A DNA stretch of 64,000 nt from assembly GCA_903813345.2 (NCBI GenBank), contig CAIIXF020000001.1, positions 4,836,001 through 4,900,000 on the forward strand, read 5' to 3'. The position numbers and the translations under genes are program-made. This DNA is from Owenia fusiformis (lineage: Eukaryota). This document shows positions 23,845 through 39,684 of the stretch, one piece after another (position 1 is the first letter of the stretch; every line of letters begins with the position of its first letter). Under the pieces are notes generated by a model. The model did no database searches. It saw only the letters and a program-made list of their open reading frames with translations, and was not told the origin of the DNA.

Positions 23845-24624
23845 TTAGTATCCATATTCACCGTTGATTGATTTTTTTATTGGTACATCAAATGATCGTC
23901 GCTCGGGTGTCTCAGTCGAATAATAGTTCTCCTTGTCCCGAGGGAGGTGTGGCATTTCCGGTTTAACAGTCCAATGGTGCACGATTTCCTGGTCTGAAGG
24001 GCAGGTTAACTTGAATGTCTCGCAAGAATAGGCATTGTTAAGGTAGCGCCAAAGAGCAGTGAACTCTGAAGGGATCTCAAAGTTCTTGAAAGCTTTAGCG
24101 ACAACTCGGATGTGTTGAAGCTTTGGAAGCATCTCGCAGTCTAGGTGTGTTAGGTAATCCCCACAGAGAAACGTTGTTCCCTGCTGGTCTAAGAAGTTGT
24201 TGATTTTACGCAATTCAGCAAGGAGCTGGGCCGATGAATGAGACACTTCTTTGGTGAAATATGAAAACTTTGAAAACACTTCCAGACAGATTTCGTTGGC
24301 TTTTTTATTATCAAATGCTAGGCTAGGACTTGGAAAGTTATCATCGATATACTGGACTATTTCATCGTTATCAGAAACGATCTCATTACCGTGAATCAAC
24401 ACAGGTAAACGACTAGATATCTTCTTGATAAAATCAGCTGGAGGTTTTGACATATTCACTGTAGTAACGGTAAACTTCTGGAGATCTCCACCTTGGCACT
24501 TTAACAGCAAAATCATATGCATTCTTTGACAAAACGGACACGCACCTCGACTTTTGCCATCTTTCCCAGCCTTAACCAACAGTTCCACATCATTGGGTGG
24601 AATTTCTCCCTTGCTTAGACTCAT
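23845..24624 (-). CDS. CLIC: Chloride intracellular channel (CLIC / EXC-4-like, GST fold), 259 aa, single coding exon
   Basis: VELLVKAGKDGKSRGACPFCQR, FTVTTVNMSKPP, FLCGDYLTHLDCEMLPKLQHIRV, FEIPSEFTALWRYLNNAY and TCPSDQEIVHHW are typical CLIC motifs. The ORF track starts at TTG 24657; the first ATG is at 24624. A splice acceptor lies upstream at 24727-24728. Confidence 0.96.
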   Translation of the reverse strand: MSLSKGEIPPNDVELLVKAGKDGKSRGACPFCQRMHMILLLKCQGGDLQKFTVTTVNMSKPPADFIKKISSRLPVLIHGNEIVSDNDEIVQYIDDNFPSPSLAFDNKKANEICLEVFSKFSYFTKEVSHSSAQLLAELRKINNFLDQQGTTFLCGDYLTHLDCEMLPKLQHIRVVAKAFKNFEIPSEFTALWRYLNNAYSCETFKLTCPSDQEIVHHWTVKPEMPHLPRDKENYYSTETPERRSFDVPIKKSINGEYGY

Positions 24625-25686
24625 AGTGTTTTGGAAATATTCCCTCGATCGTTCCAATAAGTTGGTATAGCGGCAATGAACTTCAATTGAAGCTAATCAA
24701 GTAGCGTACTCATGTGTGTATCTCACCTGCAAATAGTAGAAAGTCTAGATTAGGTATGATAATCAAGGTGTCATTTAGTATTGACAGGTAAAATACAAAG
24801 TCTAGTCCACGCCCAGTACACTGGTCCTCAAACCAATAGCAGATTAACAGGTAGTTTATAGTCCAGCCTTGCCTCAAGTGTTCAGTCGATTGCTGTGAAA
24901 AATGTCAATGGACGGTTACTTTGTTTGCTTCTAACCATCTTTTAACATGTTAAAGCACCTATAAAAGTCATACCATTGACATTAACTACCTTGCATCTTA
25001 TGGGAGAGATGTATGATGAATACTGATTGGAAATATGAACCGCATGTTACTCATGTAACTAATACAGGACAGAAGTGATGTGTTGATTAAATCCAAACTA
25101 ACATTATGAGATCAGAAACACAAAACCAATCAATTCAATAGGACCATATGTTATGATCAAGTTGGAGTAAATAACCCTCTTTGCAAGAGCTTAACTTTAT
25201 GTAACTCTTTAAATTAGAGATGATTCAGTGATCTCCCCAGCATTAAAGTAAGTGGGGGCAGCACCCACTTGAAAATGAGAAGTCATGAAAAACAGGCAAA
25301 ATTTGACTGATTTTCGAATGATTTGTGAAAATGATAAAAAATCTGTGGTTCTTAAATGCAGAATATCCTCTGCACTGAAATACTTCAACAGTTAAAATGA
25401 ATGTCAGAAAATCAAATGATAATTCCTGCCTAGGTACATGTAGCTTAAATATTCATTCTCACATTTCAACTCCCAATCAATACAAAACCAATTGTAAGAT
25501 ACATTTGAGATCAGTTGTATAGACCTAGAATTGTCTGTAATAGTTAGAGGGTAGTGTCAGGCTAAATGATGGTGAAAGGGTAAATAGACAGACTGCTTTG
25601 AAGGCCAGCCTGAGTGAGTCAGAGTTCTAAATAAAACTAATTCCATCATTACAGGTTAAGAACAGACTTCATACAAATATATAAAT

Positions 25687-27362
25687 ACAAGAACACAAAC
25701 GTGTACAATATGTCCCCACCTATGGGTAATCCTGTCAAATGATTATCCTAAAAATGAGTAGACAAGACTTTACCGACACAATTTGAGGACGGAGAATCCA
25801 AAATGGCCATCTTAAAATTTACCAAGAATGACAAAAAATTAGTCAGTTCTAGATTTTCATACTAAGAACCACCCCTGAAAATTTGAAATTGATCCCTCAC
25901 ACAGTTAACCAGAAAACATGTAAACAAGACGTTACAGACAAGATTTGAGGACAGAAAATCCAAAATGGCTGCCTTGACATTTACCCAGAATGCCCAAAAA
26001 CTAATCAGTTCTAGATTTTCATAATAAGAATCATCCCTGAAAATTTGAAATTGATCTACCAAACGGTTCACCTAAAAACGCGTAGACAAGACTTTACGGG
26101 CAAGATTTTAAGACGGAAAATCCAAAATGGCTGCCTTGACATTTATCCAGAATGCCGTAAAAATTATCAGATCTAGATTTTCATACTGAGAATCATCCCT
26201 GAAAATTTGAAATTGATCTACCAAACGGTTCACCTGAAAATGCGTAGACAAGACTTTACAGACACGATTTTAGGACGGAAAATCCAAAATGGCTGCCTTG
26301 ACATTTACCCAGAATGCCCAAAAACTAATCAGATCTAGATTCTCATACTAAGAATCATCCCTGAAAATTTGAAATTGATCTACCAAACGGTTCACCTGAA
26401 AACGCGTAGACAAGACTTTACAGACAAGATTTTAGGACGGAAAATCCAAAATGGCTGCCTTGACATTTACCCAGAATGCCCAAAATCTAATCAGATCTAG
26501 ATTTTCATACTGAGAATCATCCCTGGAAATTTGAAATTGATCTACCAAACGGTTCACCTGAAAATGCGTAGACAAGACTTTACAGACAAGATTTTAGGAC
26601 GGAAAATCCAAAATGGCTGCCTTGACATTTACCCAGAATGCCCAAAAACTAATCAGATCTAGATTTTCATACTAAGAATCATCCCTGAAATTTTGAAATT
26701 GATCTACCAAACGGTTGACCTGAAAACGCGTAGACAAGACTTTACAGACAAGATTTTAGGACGGAAAAATCCAAAATGGCCGACAATAAAAAAGTGATTA
26801 TGAGTTTTTGCTGAAATCTTTTTACAAAATTATCACATATACCTACTGTTAACAATAACATAAGCTTTTACAACAAAGTACACCTGAAATTATTTATAAA
26901 GCTACTAAAAAGTTAAAGCATGAAAACTGAAAAACACCATTCAATATGATACCGTGCGCTAACTTTTCTTAAAACATTCAAAATGGCTGACATGACTGAG
27001 CTAACAGGTCCAAAACCTAATCAGATCTAGAATGAAGTGAGCTGAACAAGATGTTAAAGTTTTAAAAGCAACTGTGAAGCCGTTTTTCTTAAAGTTTGCA
27101 GACAAGGATTTTAGCATTTGACTTCAAAATGGCCGACAGGAAGTAGGTATCGAGTTAATTTTTTTTCATCCACATCTGCATGCACTCATAAATTATCCCT
27201 GAAAATTTGAAGGTGATATCTGCAGCGGTTTTGGAGAAAACTCCCGGACGTACGGACGGACAGACAGACGGACAGACAGACGGACGGACAGACGGACGGA
27301 CGGACAGACGGACGCGCCTAGGCCGACAATATGGCCCCACACTATGTGGTGGGGACATAAAA
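25687..27362 (+). mobile_element. Helentron-associated non-autonomous element (HINE / DINE-1 / pearl-like) carrying a satellite array
   Basis: ACAAG start; subterminal inverted repeats TATGTCCCCACC (25709) / GGTGGGGACATA (27348); (GACG/GACA)n microsatellite at 27245-27315; 3' hairpin CCCCACACTATGTGGTGGGG followed by an A run. Confidence 0.8.
25757..26785. repeat. 162-bp tandem satellite, about 6 copies
   Basis: AAAATCCAAAATGGC recurs at about 25955, 26116, 26279, 26441, 26603 and 26766. Confidence 0.92.
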
Positions 27363-27864
27363 AGTGCAAAAGATTCAAATATGAAAATTAAAAGAAACAT
27401 GATATTATCATACAGAAATTTAATAAAACAAAGCACATTTTTTCAATAAGAATATAATTTATGAATGAAATTATATTTAAATTTTTGTAAATTATTCAAT
27501 CAGTTTTGACTCCTTTTCACCCTTTTTCTCAAAATCCCCCTTTATATTGTAGCGTTTAATCGAAACAAATAGAGATTTTTTAAACATGTCCTCAAATAAA
27601 AATGGAAATATACACAGCTTTTGCAGAGAACCTCCTATTAGATGTGTAGTACTTCCATTTGGTAACGATACCATATGGATCTTTTTTTTAGATATTATAT
27701 TTTGAACGGTGCAGGACACACAGATTGGCAAATCTCAATTTTGTCAGCCTCTAACTTTGATTCTAAATTAATGAACTTCTTTATGCTATCTTAATACATT
27801 ATTAACTTTGAAAATATTTTTTCTGGTCATTATTTTCTTGACAGTTAGTAAGTACTATTTTTAC

Positions 27865-29128
27865 ACAAGTTTACAATTTCAGCTTGGTGACAAGTTCAAA
27901 TCACATAGGGCTTCTTTGAGCCATCACTTGACATGAAGGCAAAAGTTGTTATGATCCATAAATAGTTGTGATCCTACTTGACCAGAATGTTTACTCTAAG
28001 TCTATATTACTTCAGAGATAAATCCTATATCCTACACTGTAATCCTTTAATTGGATTTTTGTCCCTTCATTTAATGAACCTATATAATATTGGGGTTGAT
28101 TTACATTTTCCCCAAAAATATTCTTTGGCTTAATATTGAATAAAGGACCCACGGTCCTGTGCTCACACAGTTTGGAACCTTCAGAGGAATGTATAACCTG
28201 ACTTTCAAACAAAAATATCGATTTGGATTTGTAGTCTCGAACTTTGAGAAACTTAGATAGCACAGTTGTGTGACCTAGTTTGATGACCTTTGACCTTGAA
28301 CATTTTACTTATTCAGAGCTCAGTAAGGGCTTTTGTGATTAAGCTGACCAAAATTTACATCCAAAAATCGATTTGAAAAATCAACTTTTTTTTACCTTTC
28401 GAAGGTCACTGAAGGTCAAGTAAAGGTCAAATCCTAAAACTAATGTCAGATTTGAATTCCTGGCAACTTGTAGATGATTTTCCCCAAAAATTGGTCAAAT
28501 TGAAGCAAGTTGAAAAATAACTTATTTTTACTGTTTTTTTTACGTCAAACATCTCAAAAACGGTAAAAAATTGATGCTGACATATATTGAGCAATATGTA
28601 GGGAATGCTTAAATCTAATAATGATGTAATTCATTGCAAGAAATGATCAAGTATAAGGCAAACTTTGAGAAACTTGTCAATCACAAAACCTGGCATTGAC
28701 TTTATAGATGAGAAAGTTTCCTGAAAACGACGAAGTCCTACTTTTTGTCAAATTTTATGGAGTAAACACCAAAAACTGTAATTCCAAGAGCTTTGAAATC
28801 TTCAGAGGACATAAGTTGCATATCCAGCAACTACTACAAATTATTTGAAAGCTCTACTTCAACAAAGTCTCTAGTATTTACAGAAAATTTGACTTTTTGA
28901 CGTCAAAATCAGCAATTTCTCGGAAACCGGGCGAACTTGGGAAATGGCGATGAAAAAATAGGCATTATGGATATGCATAAAATGAATGTGGATATGACTC
29001 AATCCGAATAGCAGTTTTAATGTGTGCGCCCAATGTTGACGGATGGACCAACGGACGGACGGGTGGATGGACGGACCAACGGACAGACGCCTGGTCGATC
29101 CCATAGGCTCACTGTGTGAGTCAATAAA
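27865..29128 (+). mobile_element. Second HINE/Helentron-like element
   Basis: Internal TGACCTTTGACC motifs, GACG-type microsatellite at 29038-29090, and a 3' hairpin GGCTCACTGTGTGAGTC plus AATAAA. A reversed 3' fragment of a similar family lies at about 9756-9850. The 5' boundary is uncertain. Confidence 0.55.
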
Positions 29129-29552
29129 GAACTAATATGGGGTTTGGGTAGGATAATGGAAATGGTACCATATTGGTACCAAAAGTGGTACCAATGATTT
29201 TTGTCAAAAAGTTCTACATTCTAGATAATGATATTAGTTTATACTAATAATTAAGATGTCTGATTTTCATATATTTATACAATAAACATGTCTGTAATAA
29301 TGTGAATTTCTTATTGACTGCTATATGGCTATTACTTTTGCTTGATTTTTTCTATGGCTTAGAGGGTCCTATCAAAAAGTTTTGCACTTAAGTCTACATG
29401 TTCTCAATTTCATTGATAACCCAACCGTCAAAATTTCATGGTTCTTCAGCACCAGACCGGGATGTTATTGCGGGGATTCCCTTCTAAAAGAGTTAAACAG
29501 ACGCCAATAGCCCCAAAAACAGAAAATCGCCAAATTAAAGACAAATTCAGTA

Positions 29553-30099
29553 TTAAAAAAGGCACATCATCACTATCACCAACGTGCAAAAGTCAGTATT
29601 TTTGCTATAAGTCAGGCAACAATGGTCTATACAACTATATGACCTGTAATAAATACTCATAAGGGACGTTATTATCAAAAAAACTAATGTCATTGTTGGC
29701 TTTTCAAAGATAGCTACCACACGTAACGTTATTTAAAAAATAATCAAAATACATAAAAATTGAATGAAAGGGGGATTGAACAGAGTGGAAATTAATATGG
29801 CTTCAGATGGAACAAGTTTACACTAATTCGGATTTATTGGAAATAAAGTCAAGTAACAGTTCATAGACATATGAATTCCCTCCTCCGTTCAAACCCCCTC
29901 CGTTTTTCAATTTTAATCTTTTTCAATTATTTTTTACATATAAACATGATGGTAACTAACTTTAAAAAGCCAACAATGACATTAGTTTTGTGAAAATAAC
30001 ATCCCTTATGAGTATTTATTACAGGTCTTATAGACCATTGTTACCTGATTTATAGCAAAACATTGACTTAACATGTGAGTGACGATGTGCCTTTTTTAA
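29553..30099. mobile_element. TTAA-bounded foldback MITE (Kolobok-like)
   Basis: TTAAAAAAGGCACATC...GATGTGCCTTTTTTAA, with ~230-bp inverted arms. Confidence 0.7.
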
Positions 30100-30419
30100 T
30101 AGATCTCTTGGAAATGAATAAGTTCAAAAAAGAAGACCTAACATATTTTACCATACAGTGCACAGATCTAGAGCCAGCTCCAGTCTCTATTGGTAGTAGG
30201 CTCAAAGGATAAATTGGAAGATAAGACACGAGCCAAAAATGGCACATCAAAAAAATGACCACCCAAAAATATGACCCTCGTACTGACCTTTATCTATTTT
30301 TTATCTGTCAGACATCTCTTCTTTATGTATTAGTTTGAATGATTGCATGGTATCAATTATTGACCCTGTAATTTGAATTTTTCCTGGACATTTATTTCAA
30401 ATTTTCAGAGCGTAAAGAT

Positions 30420-30685
30420 AATGGAGTGCTTCGGTAATTTCCGGCAGTGTCCGATATTGTTCATCTCTCAAATTACGTCACATCGCAACAAACAGCCAAT
30501 GAAAGTAAAGGATCGCGTAGCCTAACAAACCGTTGTTCTTGTTTCCACAGGAGTTTAAAGATACGTCATGGGACTTCTCGGTAATCTCTGATGATGTCAT
30601 CTGGAGTGGCGTCACATTCTCAGAAAAGACATTTGACTTCGGGAATAAACATTTGAACAACGGAAATAGCCGAAGCACTCCATTA
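30420..30685. mobile_element. MITE with TIR AATGGAGTGCTTCGG
   Basis: AATGGAGTGCTTCGGTAATTTCCG and CGGAAATAGCCGAAGCACTCCATT are inverted. Confidence 0.65.
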
Positions 30686-31628
30686 AATTTACGCTTGCTT
30701 ATTTTATGCTTTTATCCATAGACGCTTTCTTGGATGTGTGGCTTTAGTGATTGGAGTTGAAGCTAACAACAGTACGCATCATTTGAGGTATGACATGTGA
30801 TACTAATTGATAAACTGACTCCAAAATCAAGGAAAAATAAATTTTCCGAAGATCTTGTGTCTTGTCCTTGAGTATATTTATTAAGCCTTCACACCATAGA
30901 GGTAATCTGGCAGATGTCTGTGATACAGTGCACCTATTCATTTAGCGATTCAATTGTAAATTTTATCTTGAATAATAAATCTTCCAGATTTGCTGAATTT
31001 TCTTTTTTTCATGAGGTAATGAGACCAAAACTCCAGTTCAACTTGTGAAGTGAAAAAATGGTGACTGTTTGAATTCAAATTTTGCAATCACAACATGAGT
31101 TCCTAAATAATATATTGTACTTTATTCAAAAAGTAATAAACATTCGAAATTAATGATTGCGATGAGTAAATTGACAAATCATGGGCGTAGCGCTATTTTT
31201 ATGTGTAGTAAACCACCACGGGAACACGAGTTGAGCGAAGCAAAAAACGAGCATTCTGGGGTGGGAGTTCTTTATTCTTCTGTATTTGGAGTGTATTTTC
31301 AACCATTTGGTATGCCTGTGCGAAAGGGGCGCTACATCAGAGCAACTGACAATCAAGGTTTTTTATGACATCAGACCAGTCACGGATGTCTAATGTGTTC
31401 TTAGAACGAGATAGGTATCATTATCAACAAACAAGAATTTGGAATCCCAATCTCCTTTCGCCAGATCATTCTTTTCGACTGTGAGACCAGTGGTGAATTC
31501 TGATTCATTCATTCAGTTCCCAGTTGTCACCCATTTATAAAGATAAAACTTTATCTCAATAAACATGACGAAGGCTAATGGCAATAAATATTCATATACA
31601 TCTCAGACGTGAATAAACGGTCACTTAC

Positions 31629-32934
31629 CATCATACTATGAACGAGTAATTCTTCAAATAATTCGTTTATCTTTCTCTTCAATTTTTGTAATTTCCTGGC
31701 AGCTACAGAAGTGAATGACAATAAAAATTTGATTGGCTCCTCTATTTTCATGAACGACCACAATAATTAAGGGACCTGTCTTTCTGGCAATATTTTATTG
31801 AAATTGAGTCGACTATGCCATCTATGTACAGTAAGCTTATATTAAGCTTGGGTAATTTTACTTATGATATAATTTAAAGGATATTTTCATTTTTAGTTGT
31901 TTTATTTACTATAAAAAGTATGTACATAAAAACTACATGTAATACCAAGGGCTTTCAATTAATTAGTGAATTCACAATAAAGTGGGCTTAGAAGAGGCCT
32001 ATCAACATACTACAATTAACAAGAGCAAAAGGAATCAATTTAAATAGTTGAAAAAGTATCATACAGTAATAATAATATGAGACTACTAAAATAATACTGG
32101 TAAATATAAAAAACTACATGTTTACATACTCGGTAAAAAAAGTAAGGGTGGTCATAAAGTAAGATGTTGTTTGAGTCATTGTTTGAGACTTTGTGCATAA
32201 ATATCAAAGATTCCTATTATAAGTTGAATAAGTTCATTGAGGTCATACTGTAGATATTTGAAATGCCAAGTTTATAGACCTAAGATTACATGAGGGCACA
32301 GGCTTATTGCACTAAAAACTAAATAATCTGATATAAAAAATGGCATTCATATATGTCTCTGGTGTGCAGTATCACAGGGGTACTACCAATGAATTTATTC
32401 AAAGACATACTATTAGATATAGTAATTGATACACAAATAAGAATATATAAGAAACACTAAGAATTAGAGATGGTTCATAGCACAGATATTGGCCAGATCG
32501 TTTTGTAGTAGGATCTCATAGGCTCAAAGAATAATTTATTGAGCTACTGATCCTACTTACAAAATAATCTGGCCGGGATCTATGGTTCATAGAAATAAAA
32601 GTGAAACTCGAAATGTTGATGTTTTCAAAGTTTTGAAAATCAAACAATTATCGCAACTTTAAAACAATTTAAAACAGCCGCCATAAATTCTATCCAATCA
32701 AAGCTAGTATTTCAATTAACTTTGCAGTAATTATTGACCAATGAAAAGAGCGCTTATAAAAGGTGTTGGCGTGAAATAGAAAATGGTCTGTTTGTGAAAT
32801 TATCGCTTAAAAACATGAATATCATTGTAAATACATGGAAATAAATGAAACCGATAGACTAGAAGATACATACATACATCAAAATTAAATTTATCGAATT
32901 ATAGACGTTGCAAGATCAATATTGAGCAAATAAG
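31629..32934. promoter_or_regulatory. Probable divergent promoter region shared by CLIC (-) and SREK1IP1 (+)
   Basis: Minus-strand candidate exon ends at a GTAAGT donor at 31628, with a TCATTC initiator-like motif near 31718. Plus strand has CCAAT boxes (32695, 32738), TATAAA (32755) and a GTAAG donor at 32935. Confidence 0.45.
32481..32584. mobile_element. 104-bp hairpin MITE with 8-bp TSD (hAT or P-type)
   Basis: TSD GTTCATAG at 32473-32480 and 32585-32592; termini CACAGAT/ATCTATG; the interior is almost fully palindromic. Confidence 0.75.
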
Positions 32935-33137
32935 GTAAGAATAATTATAAATCTAAAAGTTTACAGTTTCTGAGTTTCTGATTCAGTGTGTATTTTACTA
33001 TTTAGTGTCGATGAAGGATTTAAGGTTTTGCTCAAAAAATTCAGTTCTGGCCAGAACTTCTGGGTTGTTCAAAGCCACCTAGAAAGAAAAATAGCCCAAA
33101 CTCAGCTCTTCAAATTTTGAGGGGATTTTAAAGTCGG

Positions 33138-34510
33138 GGCAATCTGCGCGAGGTTCGGTTTTTACTTGGTTCGGTTTTTCTTTAGGGAAGTATGTCACTC
33201 CCATGATTCAAAGTACTTTTCTGTCATCGGTTCGGTTTAAGGTGCTATGGAACTTAACAGGAAATGACAAAACAGGAAGTGACAATTTTTTTTGCATTTT
33301 TAGATATTTTTTGAATAAAGATAACAGAGTTCTGGTTTGACCTCCAGTCAATTTAACTATTTCCACATATCATTTACATGACCAGGATCACAATGTGCAT
33401 GGTCAGAATGACCCTAAACATGATGAAATAACCTTTTTAGCCCTTTGAAAGTGTGACTGAAAAAAAGCTAAAAGTAGGAGCGTAGGGAAGGTCACTGAAC
33501 AGAATCTTTTGAATATTTCAGAAAATGTGCCCAATGTATTGCTCTAAATGATACAATCTTTGAAAATTTGATATCATTCATAGAAAAAGAAAAAAAAATG
33601 AAAAAACTGATTTGAAAAGCGATCTATTTTCTTATTATGACCGCCATTTTTGTTTAAGACAATTTTCTAAAATTTCAAAGATTGTACTAGTTAGAGCATT
33701 ATATTGGGCACATTTTCTGAAAAATTCAAAAGATTCTGTTCAGTGACTATCCCTACGCTCCTACTTTTAGCTTTTTTTCAGTCACACTTTCAAAGGGCTA
33801 AAAAGGTTATTTCATCATGTTTAGGGTCATTCTGACCATGCACATTGTGATCCTGGTCATGTAAATGATATGTGGAAATAGTTAATTGACTGGAGGTCAA
33901 ACCAGAACTCTGTTATCTTTATTCAAAAAATATCTAAAAATGCAAAAAAAATTGTCACTTCCTGTTTTGTCATTTCCTGTTAACTTCCATAGCACCTTAA
34001 GTTTGTACAACAAACGTCTACAAATCCAGCCGGGACAGGTTGATATTATGTCATTACATTTGTTTTTGGTGTATATGTTTTGTTTTGATACGAAACATAT
34101 AGGGGGTGACAAAATTACAAGCAACGTGCATAATTGACCTACCAATCTATTCCTTACAATATCAAATACAATATCTCCCAAAAGATTCACAATATGTTAT
34201 AAATTGTTGAAGTTATTAATGATTCAAAGTGCAAAAATGGGTGAAAAATGTTTAAATTCTCCCAAATAATAAGAATGGTAACCATTCTTATAGAAAAATA
34301 ATACATTATTGTAAAAATCTTTCGTTTTCCTTGAATAAAGTTTGCACTTTTGTGATTTTTAGAAAATAGACATGACAAGGAATGACATGAGCCAAAAATA
34401 TTCTAAAATTGATACAATTTTTTGTTTAGCCTGCTCGCTATCTCTGATTCTCTCTTTAATACGCATGCGCCAAAAACCGAATCAAAAAATGGAATCTCAC
34501 GCAGATTGCC
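33138..34510. mobile_element. Older MITE (TIR GGCAATCTGCG; Mutator/Merlin-like) hosting a nested foldback element
   Basis: GGCAATCTGCGCGAGGTTC...GAATCTCACGCAGATTGCC, with GGTTCGGTTTT subterminal motifs; degenerate 9-bp flanks TAAAGTCGG / TCTAGTGGG. Confidence 0.6.
33241..33996. mobile_element. 756-bp near-perfect palindromic (foldback) MITE with TTAA TSD, Kolobok-like
   Basis: TTAA|GGTGCTATGGAACTTAACAGG...CCTGTTAACTTCCATAGCACC|TTAA; ~330-bp arms nearly identical in reverse complement. Confidence 0.9.
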
Positions 34511-34717
34511 TCTAGTGGGATTTTGGTTGTAGGCTGATTACGCCGCAAGGAGGATTGGCTCCCAGAATGCAACATAACACGTGACAGCTTTCAAAATGCA
34601 GTATCGCCATTTTGAAATGTAACCAATTAAAAGACTTTATTTCACATTTCAAAAAGGAACCCATTTTTCGAATTTTGTTTCAGATCTTGAAAAGAATATT
34701 ATCCAAAGACATCCAGT

Positions 34718-38739
<4,022 letters not shown>

Positions 38740-39308
38740 CTAGTGCATGAGCTAACAAAACATGTACTAGATAAATCAAAGTATGATGAAGAAAAACGAA
38801 AAAGACCAGATGGTGCTGAACATCACGGACATCATCATAAGAAGCACAAGTATGCTTAAGACCATCAGTAAAGTGACACAAGGAATCATATACAAACACA
38901 GGCTATAGAACTATGTGGCCAAGCTAAAAGCTAGATGTGAGTTGGAGGGGACTGATAAGAAGGGTCAATCAAAGTTGGATCCTTATATGGATGAGAGAAC
39001 AGTCAAGGCTTAACTCCTAATATGGACATAAGTCTCCTGAGATATTTTATCTTTCAATTAATTGTACTTGACTGTATATTTGATTTATATCTTTATATAA
39101 ACTTTTATTAGAATGCTAGTAAACTCATTGTATGGACTACGCTGAAAAGAAATAATAGAATTTGAATCATGGGAAGTTTGATTTTGATATACTATTAGAA
39201 ATGTTCATAATATACAAGGGTGATATCATTGTAATGTTATAGTCTCTAACTTTTTGTGTTCAACGGTCGGAATCTGTAACACCTGGAAGATTTTGCTATA
39301 AAACTTAT

Positions 39309-39684
39309 TATAACATACCTATGATGATGTATAGTGCAAAGTGCACACAAGACAGCGGGCCAATATTAGTTTTGAAAAGCCCGCGCCCGCTAACTTTCTG
39401 ATTGGTCAAGGCCCTGATGTCATAACCAATCAATCGAAGATAAAACTGCGCGAGCAATTTTTCTAAACTCATTTCAATCATTTTCAAACCATTTGTTTGT
39501 CAATTCTATAAGAAAACGGTACTCTCTGACCAGTCTACATCATCATAGGTATGTTATAAATCGTTTATGTCACTATCGTGGCATATATGCCCCCGGTTCT
39601 CAGATATCAATGTCCCTCCCAAGGTCGGGCCATGTATCACTGAGACCTCGGGCATATATGCCACGATAGTGACATAACCTCTAA
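39309..39684 (+). mobile_element. Crypton-like double-hairpin non-autonomous element (copy A)
   Basis: IR1 TTATAACATACCTATGATGATGTA / TACATCATCATAGGTATGTTATAA; IR2 TATGTCACTATCGTGGCATATATGCCC / GGGCATATATGCCACGATAGTGACATA; ends ATAACCTCTA; no TSD. The structure is clear, the family name is inferred. Confidence 0.6.

Noticed and set aside
24625-24657. N-terminal extension of CLIC from TTG
   Set aside because: Artefact of a prokaryote-style start-codon rule; the first ATG is at 24624.
25757-26785. CRISPR array or coding repeat
   Set aside because: Plain 162-bp tandem satellite inside a Helentron-type element, with no long ORF.
38980-39050. SECIS element that would make the SREK1IP1 UGA a selenocysteine codon
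   Set aside because: ATGA...AA...TGAG is present, but the intervening helix pairs poorly by eye, and the UGA is not at a Cys-homologous or catalytic position. A SECISearch run would settle it.
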